Of a DNA stretch of 28,830 bases, positions 25,697 through 28,830 are shown piece by piece (positions within the stretch are counted from its first letter, which is position 1; each line of letters starts with the position of its first letter). Both the position numbers and the translations under genes were made by a program. The stretch spans positions 1 through 28,830 of the IMG/VR virus record IMGVR_UViG_3300017978_000027; one strand, given 5' to 3'. The stretch comes from a virus (lineage: Duplodnaviria; Caudoviricetes). Under the pieces are notes generated by a model. That model did no database searches. It saw nothing but the letters and a program-made list of their open reading frames with translations, and was not told where the DNA came from.

Positions 25697-25867
25697 TGTT
25701 GGTTGCCTAGGAGCGACCTAAGACCTCTTGGGATGCGCTTACACCCCCTCATTCTTTGCCTAACAAAGAACCATCTCAACCAACACGACTGAGGACTACG
25801 GATTTACGCATACAGCCTTGGAGCAACTATGCAACCGACCAAGATGTAATCCTCATGCGTTTTGGTT
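25697..25867 (-). ncRNA. Structured 5' leader RNA of the late operon (two overlapping folds)
   Basis: Long stem 25866-25846 with 25799-25779, and a four-way junction closed by 25785-25777 with 25705-25697. Confidence 0.6.
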
Positions 25868-25873
25868 TTCTGT

Positions 25874-25901
25874 ATTTTACCAAAAAAGTGGGCAGAATCA
25901 A
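25874..25901 (-). promoter_or_regulatory. Candidate late promoter
   Basis: TTGATT-16nt-TAAAAT with extended -10 TGg; predicted start ~25867 coincides with the first leader stem. Confidence 0.6.
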
Positions 25902-25909
25902 CTACCCAT
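25882..25909 (-). terminator. Rho-independent terminator ending the nin-like operon
   Basis: TGGGTAG-TTGATT-CTGCCCA hairpin followed by CTTTTTT. Confidence 0.7.
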
Positions 25910-25931
25910 AAGTGCAACTGCAAATTGCACC

Positions 25932-26273
25932 TTATTCTAGTTCGTAATATCGTCTTAGGTCAGGCACAGGCACGTCTTGAGGCCAGAGCTTTGCAGATAC
26001 TAAGCGTTGCACCGTCTTTCTGTGCGCCATCTGCCACAAGTCCTGTCGTTGCTCTCTTGTTAGGGTAGACCCTTGGTCAATAGAGGCGTGACAGGTAAAG
26101 CATAGGCTTGCAATCAGGTTGTCGTCTGCCTTGCGCCCCATCCCTTTGCCACCGCCCCAATTTGTGTGGGCAGCTACAACAGTGCCATCTTCAACGTAGC
26201 AATGCTGGCAAGGAATGTCTCTTGCGGCTTCCAATAGCTTTTTGCTTCGGATGTAAGTATGTTTCTTAATCAT
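25932..26273 (-). CDS. Zn-binding HNH-like nuclease (DUF1364/DUF968-like)
   Basis: PCQHC...VVAAH...GKGMGRKADD...LCFTCH. Confidence 0.8.
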   Translation of the reverse strand: MIKKHTYIRSKKLLEAARDIPCQHCYVEDGTVVAAHTNWGGGKGMGRKADDNLIASLCFTCHASIDQGSTLTREQRQDLWQMAHRKTVQRLVSAKLWPQDVPVPDLRRYYELE

Positions 26274-26743
26274 GCAATCGCTTCAATTTTTCGCATTTTG
26301 TTAGCCTTGAACTCTTTGGCAATGTCATCTAATGCTAGTTCCAGCGTTCTAACAGGGCAATGACGCAATTGAATGTCATGCAATTCAAGGATAGTTTGCA
26401 CTGCTTGAAGCTCTTGACCAGTGAAAGTAAACGACTTTCCGCTTACTCCGCGCTGTGCCATGTAATAAATAGCGTCTTGCGCTTCCTTTATCTCATCGAG
26501 CCAATCACGACCAAGCTGACGCTTTGCCAAGGCTTCGGCACAGTTGACCATTGAAATCAAGTTATCCACATGGTCTGTATTGCCACGACCTTCGCGGATT
26601 TCGTCAAAGGAAACGTGGTTCTTGAGCATTAGCTTAGTTCCTGCGTCTGGAACTTCTGCAACTTTCTTGAATCCGCTGATTACCCATGTCAGAGCATCCA
26701 TGCGAACGCCTTTTGGCTTGTATTTACGTCTTGGCTTGCTCAT
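26270..26743 (-). CDS. Phage protein of unknown function
   Basis: Basic N-terminus RRKYKPKGVR; helical; ATGA overlaps at both ends. Confidence 0.7.
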   Translation of the reverse strand: MSKPRRKYKPKGVRMDALTWVISGFKKVAEVPDAGTKLMLKNHVSFDEIREGRGNTDHVDNLISMVNCAEALAKRQLGRDWLDEIKEAQDAIYYMAQRGVSGKSFTFTGQELQAVQTILELHDIQLRHCPVRTLELALDDIAKEFKANKMRKIEAIA

Positions 26744-27048
26744 GCTTCACCTCTTGCTCTAGTTCCTGCTCGAATTGCATCAGAGCAAGCTAACGCATCC
26801 CAATGTTTACGTTGTTGGTAACAAAGCAAAGCGTTGTTTGCACGTTCTTGTTCAACAGCGTATTTAGTCCTTCTTGCAATCCATTCAGCATCAACGCCAT
26901 CTGGAAAGGCTTTAGCTGCTACCAGTTTGGCAAAGACTTCAAGTTGCTCTTGGTAGATATACCAAAGGTTTTGTGGACTAATAACACAGCTATTGTCCAT
27001 TTCAAATCCAGCCAACTTAGCCATCTCAATGATTTCATCTTGGTTCAT
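26740..27048 (-). CDS. Hypothetical phage protein
   Basis: MNQDEIIEMAKLAG...LEVFAKLVAA...AIRARGE pattern. Confidence 0.68.
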   Translation of the reverse strand: MNQDEIIEMAKLAGFEMDNSCVISPQNLWYIYQEQLEVFAKLVAAKAFPDGVDAEWIARRTKYAVEQERANNALLCYQQRKHWDALACSDAIRAGTRARGEA

Positions 27049-27448
27049 CTATCGTTACTCCGTTGTTTGCTGACCATGCATAAAGCCATTCAATAAACTG
27101 GCTTCCTTGCTCTTGTGTAAAGTTTCTTGTTTGTGTACCCAATTGCACGATGCCTGTGCTATCAAGGTTAGGAATTACCTTTCCGCTACCTTGGCCTATG
27201 TCACGCATAAATTGGTCAACCAATAGCCTTTTAAAGTCTTCTGCTGACCATTTAGCGCCCATGTGTTGAGCTTGTTTAGCAATCTGCCCAATCAGTTCGT
27301 GATAAAGACGCTCTTGCTCACGGCTTTTGCTTGCGTCTTTGATCTCAAGCGTCAACTTCTTGCCATAAACCAAAGCCTCACGGACTTTAGGCCAAAGATT
27401 TTTCATCAAGGCTTGCGCCTGCTCGTAGCTGTCTAAGTCGTATCTCAT
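27035..27448 (-). CDS. ninB: NinB/Orf-family recombination protein
   Basis: KSREQERLYHELIGQIAKQ...WSAEDFKRLL...QTRNFT...FIEWLYAW. Confidence 0.82.
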   Translation of the reverse strand: MRYDLDSYEQAQALMKNLWPKVREALVYGKKLTLEIKDASKSREQERLYHELIGQIAKQAQHMGAKWSAEDFKRLLVDQFMRDIGQGSGKVIPNLDSTGIVQLGTQTRNFTQEQGSQFIEWLYAWSANNGVTIDEPR

Positions 27449-27651
27449 CGGCTTTCAAACTCAATCAGCATATCAATGTAATGCTTTGCTTTCTCAAGGT
27501 CAGCAATGCCACCCTTATCGCGCCAGCGGCTAACGTACTTGACCACGTTGCCTTCAAAAAACCCAATGTCGTTCATGTAAATGAACTCTGCTGGCTGAAT
27601 TGGCATTTCTTTGTAATGTGCGCCACCAACTTGTTTTTTCAATGTTTTCAT
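27445..27651 (-). CDS. DUF3310 (SaV-like / T7 gp1.7-like) protein
   Basis: QVGGAHYK, FFEGNVVKYVSRWRDKGGIADLEKAKHY. Confidence 0.88.
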   Translation of the reverse strand: MKTLKKQVGGAHYKEMPIQPAEFIYMNDIGFFEGNVVKYVSRWRDKGGIADLEKAKHYIDMLIEFESR

Positions 27652-27911
27652 ATCACTCCAATCATCCTCAAGGCTTGTTCAGGGCTTTCAATTCGTTCCA
27701 ACCTACCACCAGTCCACTTTGCAAAAAAAGTCTGTTGTAGCCTAGTTAAAAGGCTTTTGTGCGTAGATTTCACTTCTACCAAGTAAGTCACGCCGTTATA
27801 ACCAACCAATAAGTCCACAGGCAACTTAATAGGATAGACATAAGCACCAGCAGCCCGTAATGCAGAAACGACTTGTTCCTGCGTGGCGTCAACTCTTGCT
27901 GCATATCTCAC
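27648..27911 (-). CDS. VRR-NUC / PD-(D/E)xK nuclease, putative resolvase
   Basis: AARVDATQ, PVDLLVGY...LVEVK, LTRLQQTF. Confidence 0.8.
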   Translation of the reverse strand: MRYAARVDATQEQVVSALRAAGAYVYPIKLPVDLLVGYNGVTYLVEVKSTHKSLLTRLQQTFFAKWTGGRLERIESPEQALRMIGVI

Positions 27912-27916
27912 CTGTC

Positions 27917-28324
27917 TTACTCCTTAATGCCGTGGGCGGCTTCGATTGCTCTGGCAAAGTTCATAAAAACATCGTCATATTCGTTTGTGTCAAAACGTGC
28001 CAACCACAATTCGTAAACTTGTTCATGCGTCAGCGGCTTGCGTTGTTGTGGTGTGGTGTAAAGCGCTTCAATGCGTCTTGCCAGTTCTCTGCGGCTCCGT
28101 TTGCCACCGCCTTCATCCCAATGAATAATGGTTTCGTAAATTGTTTCCAACGCCACAGGCTCACCCAGTTGCTCGCTAACGCTACGCTGCTCTTGCTTGG
28201 CTAGTGCTTCTTTTAACGCTTCTTTTGCAATACTGATTTTTTGCAACCCATTCCATTGATGCTCTTGCCTAACAGAGCAAATTTCAAGCGCCTCAAGCGC
28301 CAGCTTCATTGCTTCTCTACTCAT
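27917..28324 (-). CDS. Hypothetical phage protein
   Basis: True start likely MSREAMKLALEAL at 28324 (ATGA overlap); LYTTPQQRKPLT...FARAIEAAHGI. Confidence 0.72.
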   Translation of the reverse strand: MSREAMKLALEALEICSVRQEHQWNGLQKISIAKEALKEALAKQEQRSVSEQLGEPVALETIYETIIHWDEGGGKRSRRELARRIEALYTTPQQRKPLTHEQVYELWLARFDTNEYDDVFMNFARAIEAAHGIKE

Positions 28325-28428
28325 AACGGAGCCTCTGGCAGTTGTGCGCGTTTCGCTTGTTGATACGCTTGTTCTTGTTTGGCAGTCCAAGGAACTGCGC
28401 CTGTTGCTGGTGGAAAAGGCCAGTTCAT
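28321..28428 (-). CDS. 35-aa phage mini-protein (not in ORF track)
   Basis: MNWPFPPATGAVPWTAKQEQAYQQAKRAQLPEAPL; GGAG SD; ATGA overlaps at both ends. Confidence 0.65.
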   Translation of the reverse strand: MNWPFPPATGAVPWTAKQEQAYQQAKRAQLPEAPL

Positions 28429-28577
28429 AGACGCTCCAATAAAAAGTCAATTGCTACAAGTGCTTTTTCTTCTACATCAAACTGGTCTGACATAAAGTTA
28501 GTTTCTGTGTTTTCCAATGCTTGACGGGCAAGTTGCAGGGCTTGTTTAATCTGTTCAATCAGGGCTTGTTCGCTCAT
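28425..28577 (-). CDS. 50-aa hypothetical protein (not in ORF track)
   Basis: MSEQALIEQIKQALQLARQALE...; GAGGTG SD; ATGA overlaps at both ends. Confidence 0.65.
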   Translation of the reverse strand: MSEQALIEQIKQALQLARQALENTETNFMSDQFDVEEKALVAIDFLLERL

Positions 28578-28777
28578 TTGGTCACCTCTGCATCAACAAT
28601 GCGAATCAAGGCGGCAATCATGTCTTTGGCCTGTTCCTTGGTCAGCGTAACGTGGCAACGGGCAGCTTCTACCACCACGTTTATCCAAACACCGCCATCA
28701 TGCGCGTCAACATAAATATGACGGCGCTTGCGTGTCGTTTCAATTCTTGTATCGAGTTCCATTTCATAGCCTTTCAT
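28574..28777 (-). CDS. Hypothetical protein
   Basis: ORF with ATGA overlaps at both ends. Confidence 0.65.
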   Translation of the reverse strand: MKGYEMELDTRIETTRKRRHIYVDAHDGGVWINVVVEAARCHVTLTKEQAKDMIAALIRIVDAEVTK

Positions 28778-28830
28778 TTACGTTCATTTACTCGTTGCCT
28801 TACGGCTTCAACCAACCCAACCCACAAACC
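28774..28830 (-). CDS. 3' end of a gene truncated by the window edge
   Basis: ...GLWVGLVEAVRQRVNERK* ending in an ATGA overlap. Confidence 0.45.
   Translation of the reverse strand, partial: GLWVGLVEAVRQRVNERK

Larger units (their letters stand above)
1..28830. mobile_element. Tailed dsDNA phage (podovirus-like Caudoviricetes) genome segment
   Basis: Terminase, portal, scaffold, capsid, adaptor, nozzle, ejection proteins, fibre, endolysin/spanins and ERF/YqaJ genes, densely packed with ATGA/TAATG overlaps; no host housekeeping genes. Confidence 0.97.

Noticed and set aside
25697-25855. Canonical tRNA gene(s)
   Set aside because: The cloverleaf lacks the TTCRA T-loop, 7-nt anticodon loop and normal arm lengths; the CTCCAAG segment upstream sits in a unit too short for a tRNA
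28325-28450. N-terminal extension of the 177-aa track ORF
   Set aside because: Better explained by two coupled mini-genes and an ATG at 28324
3892-28830. Stop-codon reassignment
   Set aside because: TAG is rarely used as a stop, but all core genes are full length in the standard code and no suppressor tRNA is present

Overview
The whole window is part of a tailed dsDNA phage genome with podovirus-type virion genes (P22/T7-like adaptor, nozzle and three ejection proteins; no tape measure or sheath). A lipoprotein spanin pair implies a Gram-negative host; a betaproteobacterial host is my inference from gene style only. A divergent control region at ~165-300 separates a leftward Cro-like HTH gene from a short rightward operon (ERF annealase, YqaJ exonuclease, SSB-like protein, winged-HTH, small ORFs; 300-3901). 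Everything from 28830 down to 3892 is on the minus strand, in this order: nin-like genes (VRR-NUC, DUF3310, NinB, HNH-like), a terminator/promoter with a structured leader (~25697-25910), accessory genes (Cys-cluster protein, DUF6496, ADP-ribosyltransferase-like protein), terS, terL, portal, a GNAT plus Ala-rich membrane protein pair, scaffold, major capsid, tail proteins, ejection proteins, tail fibre and a large lysis/membrane cassette. No integrase, CI repressor, replication initiator, CRISPR array, canonical tRNA or reverse transcriptase is visible. The most notable unexplained items are the putative two-state RNA leader of the late operon, a loop-E-containing intergenic RNA, the GNAT/'MCGG' pair inside the head module, the ART-like protein and a shared terminal 'GLL' motif. 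All family calls come from motif recognition by eye, not from database searches.
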